In this document: one piece after another, positions 12,159 through 24,411 of the stretch
How the letters are laid out: each line of letters opens with the position of its first letter
How positions within the stretch are numbered: the first letter of the stretch is position 1
Assembly: GCA_965645245.1 (NCBI GenBank)
Contig: OZ287084.1
Span: 1,426,001-1,490,000, forward strand
Source: Massalongia carnosa
Taxonomy: Eukaryota
Direction of reading: 5' to 3'
Length of the DNA stretch: 64,000 bases
Notes under the pieces: generated by a model
What the model was told of the DNA's origin: nothing
Databases searched by the model: none
What the model saw: the letters and a program-made list of their open reading frames with translations, nothing else
Translations under genes and position numbers: made by a program

Positions 12159-14837
12159 ATGGCTCTTGTCGGGGGCCCCTCCTCGCCACTTACCGACCTA
12201 CGGACAAGTCCCTTGACTCCCGCCGGTGCGCTCAAGCGGCCCCACCCATCGCCGTCAGGCAGTAATGATAGCTCACCCTCTTCCTCCTCCCCTCCTGCCT
12301 TACCTGAAAAAAATGGAGGCGCGAAACGCCACCGCCGGCGCATATCAGATTACGACAAGCTGGTTGAGGTGCTTAAATTTCTGAGCTCTCTAAATTGGTC
12401 GGTAAAAGATTTTTTATCAACACTTTGTAAGAATCGAGCCCGTCATAGTATGCGAAAGGCGCAAGGCCAGCTCTTCGATTTTGTCTATGTCGATATTGTG
12501 CGGCAAGAAGACTTTTCAAGCCTCATTGGGCCTGGTAGAATATCCACTATCCTTCGCGAGAGAGGATGGGTTTGGGCCGCGGATGTGCTTCGTGAAGAAA
12601 TCAAAGCTTTGGCAGATCACGCAGCCTTTGGCCCTTTCCAGCCGCCCTCTGCGACAGTCGAGTTTGGGACCTTGGAGGCTATTAAACTTGCTGCATCTGC
12701 CGCCAAGCAGTTGGCGCCACGATGGCTTGAGCTAATTGATAGTGTTTGTCGCGAGGCTCGCCCGCAGGAACCTCTCGATGTGACGTTGGATTCTCCCAGC
12801 GGCCGGCACACCGTTATATTGGCAATGCTTTGTCACAAATTGCGACCAAATAAGGCGACCAATATTCAGTCCGTCTTAGGCCTTTATATTTATCAAGGTG
12901 GGGCGAGGCGGCGAGTTCTAGATACACTCTGTCATTTTGACCTGACGATGTCATATACTACCCTGCAGCGGCGCATGTTGTCCTTGATTAAGGAGGCCGA
13001 ACGAAAGGTTCAGATGCTAGGACAAGGCTCAAACATGATCTTGACATACGATAACTTTGACTTCGCAGAAGGTAAACGAGGAGAGCGCACGGGGGATAAT
13101 AGAGACGTCAGATCAATCACTACCGCTCTAATTTTCCAGGGGCAAGGATTCGATGCCGGCGCTTTGAGGCAGGATATGTGGCGCCCCGCCACGCATCTTT
13201 TATCAGCTGAAAGAATTGCGCGAAAGCTGGAGACTGGTGATCTCGAGATGCAGGTGAGTTCAATACAGGACGAGGTGTATATACCGCGCTCAATCGCTAA
13301 TGCACCGCGTACCTAGATTCGTCTTCATCATCTAGAGTCAGCGATTCGAGCGCTTTATGGCCCAGAGATCGGCGACGTTCAACTTCCTTGGTCGACTGCA
13401 ATGCCCGTGCTGAATAAGATGAAAAAATACAAGACCAATTACATTCCTATCAAACCAGTCATGAAGGATGAGAGCACAACATCTAATAATATTCAAATAT
13501 TGGAGGATATATTTGTGCGACAGTTCAAGTTCAAGGAGGATGACTCGACGTTTGCGAGCGTCATTCGGCTTATCTATGGTGACCTCAAGACATGGTCGAG
13601 AATGCAATCTGTCAAGGAATTACGTCGTGGGATATCGGAGCAATCTTTCGATCGGTTCGACTGGATTTTACCGGGATTAGGGTTATGGCATCTTCGCTTT
13701 AACATGCTGCAGCTTATTCATAAAATACATTGGGGAGAGGCCCAGCCGGTTGATCCTTCGACTCTTCAATATGCCGCCGATCGGTGGGGCCGCGCTCGTG
13801 TCGTGCAGCCGAACGATTTCCAGGCCATAGAGGATCTGATCATTCAGAGCTATCAAGCTAGAATCGTTGGGACGTGGATTAGGTTTTTACGAAAGGATGG
13901 ATATGCTCCGCAGCGAATCGAAGCAACTATTTCGTGGCTCACAGCGCAGACTTGCGGGCAGGATGGCACCTGGATGAATATGTTGGGCAGGATATCTCGC
14001 AAACTTCACGCGGAATTACCCTCAACGTCAATAGATATGCTTCCTCCAACGCTTGATCAACAATTTCAGAATCATCAGAACTTCTGTGATCACGTTGAAT
14101 CGTATCTAACACTTCGATACGCAATCAAATATGCGGATATTGGACTACTTCGTCACGCATTGCGCCACGCAACGGTGATCTTTCAGGCAAGCGTAGCTGG
14201 CACCCCGAAATATGCGCAAGCTCTTCTATACACCCTTCATGCGATTGATTCTTCCGCAGCGACCATAAGGCTACAGGAAAGTATTTTAATGAATAGTCTT
14301 GTCAATTTACGCGGTGACGAAGAGTCGAGTTTTGAGACTGATCGGCTTTTAGAGATACTAAACAATAACCTCAAGACGTTCCAGCACGAGCGATCTTATT
14401 TTTCAAAGTATAGTGACACCTTGCTCGAGAACTGGGCACTCAACGGTCCATATCTTATGAAGCTCAAAGAAATCGTTGAGTTTTACTTTGGAAGAGTCAA
14501 CTCTTCAAGGCATCCAGCAAAATCGGCCGCAGAGGATGTGTGGGGCATGGCTACGGCACTAGCGCATAAATCACTCTGTAAAAGAAGCTATGATCGATTT
14601 TCACCTAATCCAACAGCTAATCTTTATGTTGAGGGATTGAAGAAACTTGGAGAAAATGTATTAAAATACAATCAGCAGTATCTTTCCGAAGAAATTTCAA
14701 AAGAAATTTCAACAGACGACCTTGAGGGTAAGTATGAAGCCGAGCCCGATTTTGTCAATGAAACAAAGCAGGTCCCCGACAGCCCTGTCATTTCAATGGC
14801 CCGTCTCGAGATATCCGGCGGTATGTTTTTTGATTAA
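12159..14837 (+). CDS. Academ-type DDE transposase (DUF6589-like), 2 exons: 12159-13253 and 13317-14837, ~871 aa
   Basis: 63-bp GTGAGT..GCTAAT..TAG intron keeps the frame. Motifs TYDNFDF, IYGDLKT, GLWHLRFN and FETDRLLE supply candidate D, D, E. Confidence 0.85.
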
Positions 14838-14896
14838 ATCATCGATACCACGAGATAGCCTAGTCATGTAAATCCGCGCCGCGCGGCTTTACAGAG

Positions 14897-17138
14897 TCAG
14901 AGGTAGCGGACGGGGCACTTTCTTTCTTGTCTAGATCGTGTCGGAGGAAGGGCCATGGGTACATTCAGCGACAACGCTTCCATAGGATCTCGAGGCGCTT
15001 TTTTGGTCTTTGATGCCTTCATCGATGATTTAAGAGCATCAACATTGTCAACAACGAGCGCCGCATCGGAGATATTGTGATTAGGCGCAGGATTCTCGCC
15101 CGATGGCTCCGTGCTCTCGCTTTCCTTCGAGACTTTCTTCTTGACCGCATTTCGCTTTTTAAAAACCTTTCTCGACATATATCCTTGTTTGATCATCCAG
15201 TTTTTCCTCCGTTCCTCAAATTCAATACTGGCGGAGTTGCATGTTAGGCTGGGTAATCGTTTTCTCTTTATGTCGTTGTGTCGTTTCCATTCCTCGAACA
15301 TGTCTCCCTCGTCTAATCTCATTGCTTGACCCCGCTTTAAAATTTCTAAAAGCTCGGCGCCGTAGGGCCTAATACCAGTCCATGTGTTACCAATCCATCG
15401 CCGCATGGTGGGCTCGTCCACAATCTGATCCGCCCAAGTGGTCAAAGAATTCAGTACCTCATCGGGCATTATCAATGATGGGAAGTATCGCATATGTGAA
15501 TTTGGGAACTTTTCCTGCGCCTTGGCCTCCCTCCATTCTCGAAGTTTAAGGGTGAACCAAGGCCGCCTAGACGAGTCACGCTCGGCCGTTCTATTTAACA
15601 TCTCATTGGCGGCTGTTGATGTCTGAAAACTTGGATCGCAAATTGAACAGCAAGGTTGCGGCTTAACATAGGCCGACGTTGGATACACTTTATCATTGAA
15701 GAAATTCAAGCCAATACCTCGAACGCAACCATCTGAAGGCACATTGATTATCTCACAAAGACCCGGTGGCATATCTCGTCGCCGATCAGCATCCTTTTGA
15801 TTGATGCGGCGTTTACTGGCCTTGGATTCAATCTCGATTCCCGCGTCATATCCGTCCTGTTCGTCCATTTTTGATCCGCTTCTTGGACCCATGCACCAAG
15901 AAGGATGCAAAAGAGTAAAATGCGCCTGTCCTCGACCGCAACGCAAAGCACGACCTAAACGTTGGTATAGCTTCGCCATTGACGAGGGTAGCAGCCATTG
16001 CGTAACTCTCATAACGTCTGGATTATCAATACCAAGCCCGTATGCATCCGTTGCGATCAGGATTCGAGGAAATTTACATTGATTCGAGGGCATTTCGAAG
16101 CGAGCCGCAATCCTTTCTTTGTCTTGGGTGGCCATGTCGGAAAAGAAAGGCGCGACCCAACTAGCAGCCTCAATTGGATAGGACAATTGATTCATCCATA
16201 CTTTCATTAGCGCACACGCCTTTTTGATAGATGAAATTGAATCCATGAAGATAATCGTTTTCGGAATATCAAAAGGACTCTCAGCCCGTGTTGGTAAAAG
16301 ATGTTGAAGATCGATCATGCTGTTCATAGGCCGCTGTAGACTGCTTGTCTGTATGTATATCTCTGGACGATCAAGCGCTGTTTGAATAACAGTACTTTCG
16401 TTATCAAAGCCACAGCGATCTTTAACGCTCTCTAGGGTTCTTGGATCCAGCGTTGCAGACGCACCCAGAAAAGGAATACCATCTGGTAATCGTGTACGAA
16501 GCACACCGAGATTGAAGTATTCGGGCCGGAAATCTCGCCATTCGGATACAAGATCCATCTCATCAAGAGCTAAAAGACATAAATTCAAGAAGAAACTTGG
16601 ATGCCTCAGAACCTCCTGATTAAACAGCTTTGACGTCGCTATCTCTGGGCTAGTAAAAACTATTCATATTAACGAGTAAGTTTTTATATTTATCTCAATC
16701 ATAATTTGAATACACACCATGCGTATAATTGTTTTCACGAATTAACTTTAAATTAGAAGAATTATTACTATCACCGTCCAACACGAAAGGCTTGCATCCC
16801 TCGATAACGCTCAATTTCTTGCACTGTTGAGCTTCTAAGGTCTTGAGAGGCATGATAATTAAAGCGATCTTAAGACAAGAGAACATTAATGGCATAGCTT
16901 GAAAGATAATACTCTTTCCAAATCCAGTCTTGGCGATAAATATCAGATCCTTTTGATCTTGTGCTAAAGTCATGATAGCGTCAACTTGCTCATTCTTTGG
17001 ATAAAAGCCGAATTTACTTAAAATCACGGTCGTCACCTGCTCGCGAGTTATCGACGCTATAGGATCGTCCATTTCGATGTGTTCGCGAGCGATATTCGAC
17101 GATTCGCGAGTTGGATTCTTAGCCCGCAAAACGCACAT
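14897..17138 (-). CDS. RecQ-like SF2 helicase of the AcademH element, 2 exons (intron 16717-16660)
   Basis: AKTGFGKS (Walker A), FTSPE, LDEMDLVSEWRDFRPEY (motif II plus aromatic loop), GASAT, ATDAYGLGID, QRLGRALR, C..CCSIC Zn domain, HRDC-like LREWR. The start could be 17138 or 17072. Confidence 0.9.
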
Positions 17139-18312
17139 CAAGCAAGTTCATCACATTCAACGATTTTAGGCTTTCGAAAACAACGCTCGGAGGATCAGAT
17201 TAATGATCAGAAGCGCCGACAATGAAAAACTGGAGCTAGTGACCCGTTGAGTCTGCTGTGTTGGTGTCGAAATTTCGAGTCAAAGTCGAGTCCTCGTTGC
17301 GAGATCGATATTGCGACTCAATTTTGCATCGATATGTAATTAAAATATTGATTAATCGATAGAATGTATATCAAAGCATCATTTCTATTATTACATAATT
17401 TATGAAATGTCGTTGCGCGTTGTTGATTCCGCCGTCAACTTGATTCTTGATGATTTTTGAGGTTAAGCCAAAAATTTGTATGAGCGCGCACCAAAATAAG
17501 CCGGATCTGACAAAAATACAGAGTTTTGCGCTCAGACGTGCCGCCCGTAGCATGCGTAGTCAGCTAAAGGGCCGCTAACCCGAAGGGGCTTAGCGAAAAT
17601 AGGCTAACCCGGAGGGGCTTAGCCGGCTCATAGAGCCACGCACGTCTGAGGTACTGAGGCAAGCGCGTTTTTCGTGTTTATATGGGCTGACTAATGCTAT
17701 CTCGCCCATAAAACCCCCCCTATATGATAAACCCTATAACCCATAAACCCCTGTCACAAATGACCTTTTAGGTGATCAATTGACCCATAAGACCAGGGTT
17801 TTATCTGTCAAATAATTCTGTATGTGACAAGTACAATTACAGAAGAGTTATGTCATCGCTTGAAGAATGCGAAATAGCGGAATATCTCCCGCCTGTCGAT
17901 ACACTTCAACAGTCGAACTACAGCATATCCTCATTTGTGCACTATATGAGAGTACAGTACTCGTGCAGTGTAAGCTGTAAAGATGTACAGAATACGCATC
18001 ATACATGACGGCAGCTGACTAATCAATATTCCTTCCTTCATCAAACTTGATATAGGATATCTTTGGCTAAATGGTCGAATCGATCATTCTCTCATTGAGT
18101 GCGGCAATCATGAATCGTGTGGAGATGTGACGGGAATTCCACTGGAAAGAGTACCTACGAAGGACTCTGTCCGCCATGATGCAATCGATACGGTGCCTTG
18201 GTCGCCCAGACAACCATGCATATTTCTCCTTCCCACCACCACAGTCTATCGGGAACATCCAACCACCTACAGCACCTAATGACACGGCTTTACGGATGAT
18301 ACCGGGCACAGC

Positions 18313-20500
18313 ATGTCTACAAATCAGCCGTCATATGAGGAGCTACTTCGGAAGCTTCAAGAACTCGAGAAGGCAAAGGAGGAATATCGACCGATATCCT
18401 TGACAGAAGCGCTCCGCCTCTGGCATACGCTATATTCTAACCCGAAGATTTATCACCCGCCAGGCAAAATCGCACCCAGTCAATTCACCAGTCCCATCCA
18501 GCGCCTCCGTCCACAGCGGATACGACCGTGGAATGACTTCACGGATTTGCATCGACAAGCCTGGCAGGGGATCATGGAAGCGGTGGACCGCTGCCGGAAA
18601 CACGCGGTTTGATCCTAAGTCCACGTACAAGGCCGAGGCCAACCGCTTCATGCCCAAACTCGTCTTGCGGCATGAGAATCATCTGGTGAGCTACCTGGAA
18701 CGCACTGTCGAGGAGCATGTAGTCAGCATCGCCGGACGGATCGGCTCGAGCATGACGTTTTACGATCGGGACGAGAATTCGTTGGCCGACGTAACGAATC
18801 GAATCGAGCATATGGACCTGGAGGATCGACCCACCACGCCGCCATCGCGCCGAAGGTTCGACAAAGTGTGCTCGGTAACGGAGGCCACAGGCGAACGGCC
18901 GGTCCTGGTGGTGGAGTACAAAGCCGCACATAAACTGAGTCCAGCCCTCTTCCACGACCTCCACCCGGCACAATCGTTCGAGCTGGACGAGATCATTCAT
19001 CGGCATAAAATCGCGGTGCAAGAGGATAAACGCCGACGCGAGATCGTAGAAGAAATAATGGCCGTTATCATCACGCAAACATTTGACTACATGGTGGATC
19101 AGGGGGTCTCGTACGGATATGTGACTGGTGGCCACGCCTTTGTGTTCCTCCAGTACGATCCCAGCCATGCGGAGACGGTGTATTATCACTGTCAGACGGT
19201 TAAGCCAGCCATGGGGGATGAGGGCGGCGGTAACCCCCGCGCCGACGACGATGAAACGTTGCGAGAGACCGCGGTGGGCCTGGTCGCCGGATTTGCGCAA
19301 CTGGCGGCGCGTCGCGGACAAGCCATGGGATTGGGATGGATCAAGCACACGCGCGAAACGCTGCCGACATGGATGGTGGATGATGCGACAATGATGTCCA
19401 AGTTCACGCCTAGCCCGGCCAGCGCCGTCTCGAGCAAAGGCAAGGCCATCACGGAAAGCTAGTCGCCCGCGTTTCGGGGAAAGGGACCCTTGTCGGACGG
19501 GTCAGATCGCACAATGCGCAGCAAAACCAAGGCGAAAGCCAATCGGTGTGGTAAGGAACCAAAGATCCAATGGGCGGGAGGGAAAAAGGAGGACGATGAT
19601 GAACACGGCGAGGAGAACGAGGATGGAGCGCAGAAATCCAAAAGACCGACTCAGCAAAGCCAACGGCAGGCCCAATCTCCAGGATCGCCGAAGAAACAAG
19701 GCGCTCACGGAGCGGAAACCGACAGCAGCCGCAAGGAATATCATCATGCGTTATATTGCACCCAAGCTTGTCTTCTGGGTCTGGTGCGAGGCGGGAAATT
19801 GGATGCGCATTGCCCTAATGTACGAGTGCACCATCCTGCCGGAGGAAGGGTTCGAGGTCAGCGTCATTTGCTCGATCAAGGGGCATTGGAACGGCTGCTG
19901 AGCGATCAACTGAGGCAGGTGCCGCGACACGAGGACTTTCAATCACTGGATCGAAGCGGTTGGGCCGGAGCGTTGTTCTGGATCCGGCTGCGGTCGCACG
20001 GATACACGTTGGTCGCAAAGGGCACGGTGTCGCCCCTGGTGCCGGTGCTGCGAAAGGAGGCGCGGATGTACGGCCACATGCACGCCGTGAAGGGGCGGGC
20101 CGTCCCGTTGCATCTCGGCAGCATCGACCTGGCTCGACCATTTTACCTGTGCAGCGGCGTCCTGATCGTGCACCTGCTACTGCTCTCGTGGGGGGGCGAC
20201 GAGGCCGCCCACTGCGGACTCGACCCGGCCCGCCTGGAGCGCGAGACGGCCCGCACGGTCCGCGACATTACACGGCTAGGAGTCGATCAGGGAGACTTGC
20301 GTGGGTCGAACCTGCTGTGGAGCGAGGAGTTGAGACGCGTGTTGTTGATTGATTTTGAGTATGGGACGATCCGGGAGAAGCGCAAGGGGAGAGCTATTAG
20401 AAACGAGAAAAAGATGATCATGGAAGAGACAAGAAAAAAAGAAGCGGTCGTGAATGAAAACGAGATAACTATTATGAATAAACGAGCAAAGCATAAATAA
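18313..20500 (+). pseudogene. Spok-family (spore killer) homologue: coiled coil, PD-(D/E)xK nuclease, Cys/His cluster, kinase; one frameshift and one stop
   Basis: N-terminal coiled coil then RPWNDF; FDKVC...VVEYKAAHKL nuclease core; C-x3-C-x13-C-x5-H from 19757; GYTLVAKG, QGDLRGSNLLW and IDFE kinase motifs. +1 frameshift near 18590 and in-frame TAG at 19460-19462. Confidence 0.82.
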
Positions 20501-21421
20501 ATCATGTTTTTGTTGTGTTATTCTTATTATTATTAGTTATTCTTTAAATTTAATTAAAACATGAATTACGCCGCGCAACTGGTCGGGTTGGGTCGGGTTT
20601 TGACTAGTCGAACTCGACCTGCTAATCCTGTCGAGAAACTAGTAATCGAAGCGAGTCGCCTACTAGTGTCTACAGCTCAGTGACACACTTTTCCTATCAT
20701 TTACAATATATTTTCTGAAAAATAATGATTATGTAAAATTTAATTGACAATAACGTTGATACAACAACTTTACTTGCCTGAACATAAATCGATCGATTGC
20801 TTTATACTTTCGATCTAGAATCAATTGCCTCTTTTCAGGAGTTAGTACGGCTCGCTCATAGGTTTTCTGATCTTTTTCATTTTATTCTGAATGGGTTTTG
20901 TAATCTTTGTGTAATAGGGTAGGCCTAATATGCGTTCGTTGAACGCAAGACTGGCCTATGTGGCTATATGGGATACGTATAGCCAAAACAACCACCAAGA
21001 CAATAAGGTCCCGCCTAACCCAGTTAGGCATAGTGTGGCGACTTACAGTCCCGTGTCAAAAGTTTCCGACTCTACCCGCGATTTTCGTGATTTCGCGTTT
21101 TAACCTACCAACCCATCAACTTTGACCTCATCATTTCACCATGCCAAGCACTCCGTTGACTTCAATTTCTGGTAATAAGCCTCGTAATACCGAATTGAAT
21201 CAATGTCAAAGAGGTATGATTAGTGGAGCCCAAGCGTTGGGGCATGCACCGGCCGAAATTGTAAAGACATTAAATATACCTCGAACCACCGTCATTTACA
21301 CTCTTCAAAAGCACCCAGAACGCAACAACGAAAAGTCCAAATCGCGATCGGGTCGGCCTGGAATATTTTCGACCCGCGATTGAAGACGTATCATCAAACT
21401 TGCGCGAATCAATCCACGTAT

Positions 21422-21746
21422 TGTGATAGGGTGAATAGGGACAAGGGCAGGTGCTGAGGGGAGGGGGGGGGGATTAGTGTGGACGGAGCGGAGGGGAAGT
21501 TTTTCCGGGGCAGAGGCACCCATTTTTCTATAGATAGGGGAAGTTTCACCCTCTAGACAGACAGGCAATCAACATTTTTCTTTCCTTCAGAGTCAGTATT
21601 CGTGTCCGAGTGACAGCGTCAGAGTGGCCGAGTCGTCACCGCCAACGTTCTGTTTGTTGTTTTCACGTGTGTTCCTTGTTTGCTTTCTGCCGGTCTTCTC
21701 TCCTTGAGGTCATCACGTATGCACCACCCACGACTACCCCTCTTCA
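21422..21746. repeat. Solo LTR (325 bp) inside the Tc1-2 transposase; near-identical copy at 44374-44698
   Basis: TGTGA..CTTCA termini; 4-bp TSD GTAT/GCAT (one C>T). Removing it restores NPRITY. Confidence 0.85.
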
Positions 21747-22423
21747 GCATCACCTACGCGCAGCTGCGTACGGAGGTTGAGGTGCAATATAGTCGATCCA
21801 CTCTCTATCGGACGCTCAAAGACTATGGTCTAATAAACTGGCTGGCTAAAAAGCGACCTTTATTGACGCCCGAGGTGGCAAAGAAGAGACTGGACTGGTG
21901 CTTGCTTCGGCGTGAGTGGAATTTTGAGCAGTGGTCAAAAATAATATGGTCAGACGAGTGCTCGGTGGAAAAGGGGTCGGGAAAACAGCGTCAATGGGTG
22001 TTCAGGTTTCCGGACGAAAAATGGAAAAAACCTATGATACAACCGTACGGCAAAGGAAAAGAGGTTAAGGTCATGGTATGGGGGGCTTTTTGGGGGGGGA
22101 GGTCGGATCTTTACAAATTGGCCCGCGATTTCGAGGCAAAGAAGATGGGGTACTCCGCGAATTCATATTTGGACTTATTGAACGATAATCTGCTTGGAAT
22201 TTGGGAACCAGGTCTCATTTTCATGCAGGATAATGCTCCCATTCACACTGCCAAAAAGGTGAAGAAATGGTTCGATGAAAACGGTATAACAGTCATCGAT
22301 TGGCCCCCTTATTCTCCTGATTTGAATCCTATCGAGCACGTTTGGTACGTGCTCAAAAAGCTCGTCTACTAGGTCAATCCGGACATCGACTCGGTGACTG
22401 GTGGTGATGATAGGGTCCGCGAG

Positions 22424-22913
22424 TGTCACGGACAAGGTCCAGATAGGGAGATATACAAGAGTTACTATTTAGAAAGCTAGGTCTAGGGATAGTATACAAG
22501 ACGTCCGACGAAGAGCTCAAAACACCTGAGAAACCACATAGGTTTTATAGCCATGGCTTCCAACTCCCCTATTCTTGACTTGCCCTCATCTCTGTTCCTG
22601 TTCTAATTTCCTAACCATGATCGCTTTGACCTGTTCCGCCTTTCTCCATGCCGAAGCAATCTCTCTCTGCTGGGCAATCCCAGTCGTAGGCTTGGATAGT
22701 GGAGACGTTGAGATTGGATTCGGGATATAGGAGTTTGGGAGTGCACTGAAGGCAGCGGAAGAACGTCTGAACACATGGGGCGAGGTTTCAGGATAGTTCG
22801 GAATAACGGGCCACGGTTCTATTCAACATGCAGGGCAGGTTTCACGGCAAGAGAGCCTGTTAAATACTAACCCGATCAGGAAACGTGGGAGGGTGCGAGG
22901 TAATTCCATGACA
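22424..22913. repeat. Solo LTR (490 bp) inside Tc1-2
   Basis: TGTCA..TGACA termini; TSD GCGAG at 22419-22423 and 22914-22918. Confidence 0.9.
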
Positions 22914-23539
22914 GCGAGGTACTTTGGAAAGCTTTGGAAGAAGCATGGGCCTTGATAGATGAGGAAATGCTGAAGAGTTTAGTAGACAGCATGGAAAGGA
23001 GGATTGAAGCTTGCATCCAGTCAAAAGGATGGTATACGTAATATTAAAAATATATTTCTCAGCCCAATGTGCTTGCTATAATGTATATAATCATCGTACG
23101 AAGTTTCAAGCCATCAAAATAACAACTTGATAGTTGATAATTCAAAGCAGTGGGGGGGTAAAAAGTTGATGGTGGGCTGTCGGAAACTTTTGACCTAGTA
23201 CTGTAACTTATTATAGAGGTGTTTTCGTAGTACACGAAGTATCCCCTCGCCTCGCCTCACCTCACCTCCCCTTGCTCGCCTGCCTAGTCTCATTTACCCA
23301 GGTGTTTCGGTAACCGAAAATACCAGGTAGTATAGGCAAGGTATGGAAGAAGAGCTTAGGTTGTGGATTGTCCTATCCTATATAGATCAATGATCAAGCA
23401 CTTCAAAAGGGTAGCATTTAGTCTACCCTTTGACCCGACCCTTCCTATTTATACCTCTATTGTAACCATCACGTTGTGTAGCCTCTGTAGATCCCGTCTT
23501 CCAATAGTGAATGCCTACTAGGAGAAGGTCTCCCCGTTT

Positions 23540-24411
23540 CACGAATCCAATCTCAACGTCTCCACTATCCAAGCCTACGACTGGGATTGCCCAGCAGAGA
23601 GAGATTGCTTCGGCATGGAGAAAGGCGGAACAAGGTCAAAGCGATCTGTTAAATGGTAAGGCTACCATCGGTTAGATGGTAAGACTACCACTAGCATAGG
23701 CATCCATCGTGAGCCTCGGGAGGTGCCTTGCAAAGTGCCTAAAAAAAGCTGATATAGGAGTCAAGGTTTGATTGTCAGGGTGCCTACACAAGCAAATATG
23801 GGGAGACAAGGTCTGACCGTTTAGGTTCCTAGATGTGACTGTTTTGTGACTGCTATATAAAGCAGACAAATAGCCCAAATAGATAATCACCTTCAATGAC
23901 AATCCTGCTATTATACCTACAAAGTGAATATATATTTCATGCGATCATGGTTAGGAAATTAGAACCTGAGTCAGGTCACGCACGTCCTGACATAAGAGAA
24001 TCGGTAGATATAACCGATCTCCGATCTCCGACTAGGACATGGCTCGTATTCGTATTCTTCTTTTCATTGTACCAATTATAATCACTCTAACTATATCAAC
24101 GGACTCGCGACCCGAAAAAGTAGGGCTTTAGGATAAAGACCTGATCGCCCACTTCTTTCAAGGGCTCACTGATCAATTTTTTGATTTACCACTCTCTATT
24201 CGTACATTCATCACGAATCCATATAGTAGTCACGCTGTTAGACTTGACCCCTTACATAAGGGCATGTCAAGAAAGAGGAGTTGGAAGCCATGGCTATAAA
24301 ACCAATGTGGTTTCTCATGTGTTTGGAGCTCTTCGTCGGATGTCTTGTATACTATCCCTAGACCTAGCTTTCTAATAGTAACTCTTGCCTATCTGGACCT
24401 TATCCGTGACA
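23540..24411 (-). repeat. Inverted, interrupted copy of the 22424 LTR family, with nested LTR-like inserts (23647-23940 flanked by GCGATC; ~23966-24257)
   Basis: Segments ~23548-23646, 23941-23965 and ~24259-24411 are reverse complements of 22424-22720. Ends in GTGACA. Confidence 0.7.

Larger units (their letters stand above)
11660..17662. mobile_element. AcademH-type DNA transposon (transposase plus RecQ-like helicase), apparently intact
   Basis: TIRs TTGCCTCAGTACCTCAGACGTGCGTGGCTC..., near-perfect for ~90 bp and imperfect to ~140 bp (11660-11797 / 17521-17662). TSD GCGCGTTT at 11652-11659 and 17663-17670; it extends to 10 bp if the left TT is counted as target. Two convergent genes. Confidence 0.9.
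21046..23203 (+). mobile_element. Tc1-like DD34E transposon (Tc1-2) carrying two solo LTRs; transposase pseudogene ~21141-23046
   Basis: TIRs CAGT....GTCAAAAGTTTCCGAC with TA TSD at 21044-21045 and 23204-23205. WSDECS and QDNAPIH...WPPYSPDLNPIE motifs; stops at 21381 and 22370. Confidence 0.92.

Noticed and set aside
14897..17138. Helicase as host SGS1/RecQ, telomere-linked helicase or Helitron
   Set aside because: It lies within TIRs and a TSD, convergent with an Academ-type transposase. No Rep/HUH domain or telomeric repeats are present.
18572..19348. 258-aa antisense ORF as an antidote gene for the Spok-like locus
   Set aside because: Shadow ORF of a GC-rich coding strand with no recognisable motifs.
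20575..20675. GGTCGGGTT repeats and ACTAGT motifs as a hAT-like terminus
   Set aside because: No partner end, TSD or transposase found; too weak to call.
21455..21500. G-rich tract as a special G-quadruplex element
   Set aside because: Part of a solo LTR, also at 44408-44450, with no independent evidence of function.
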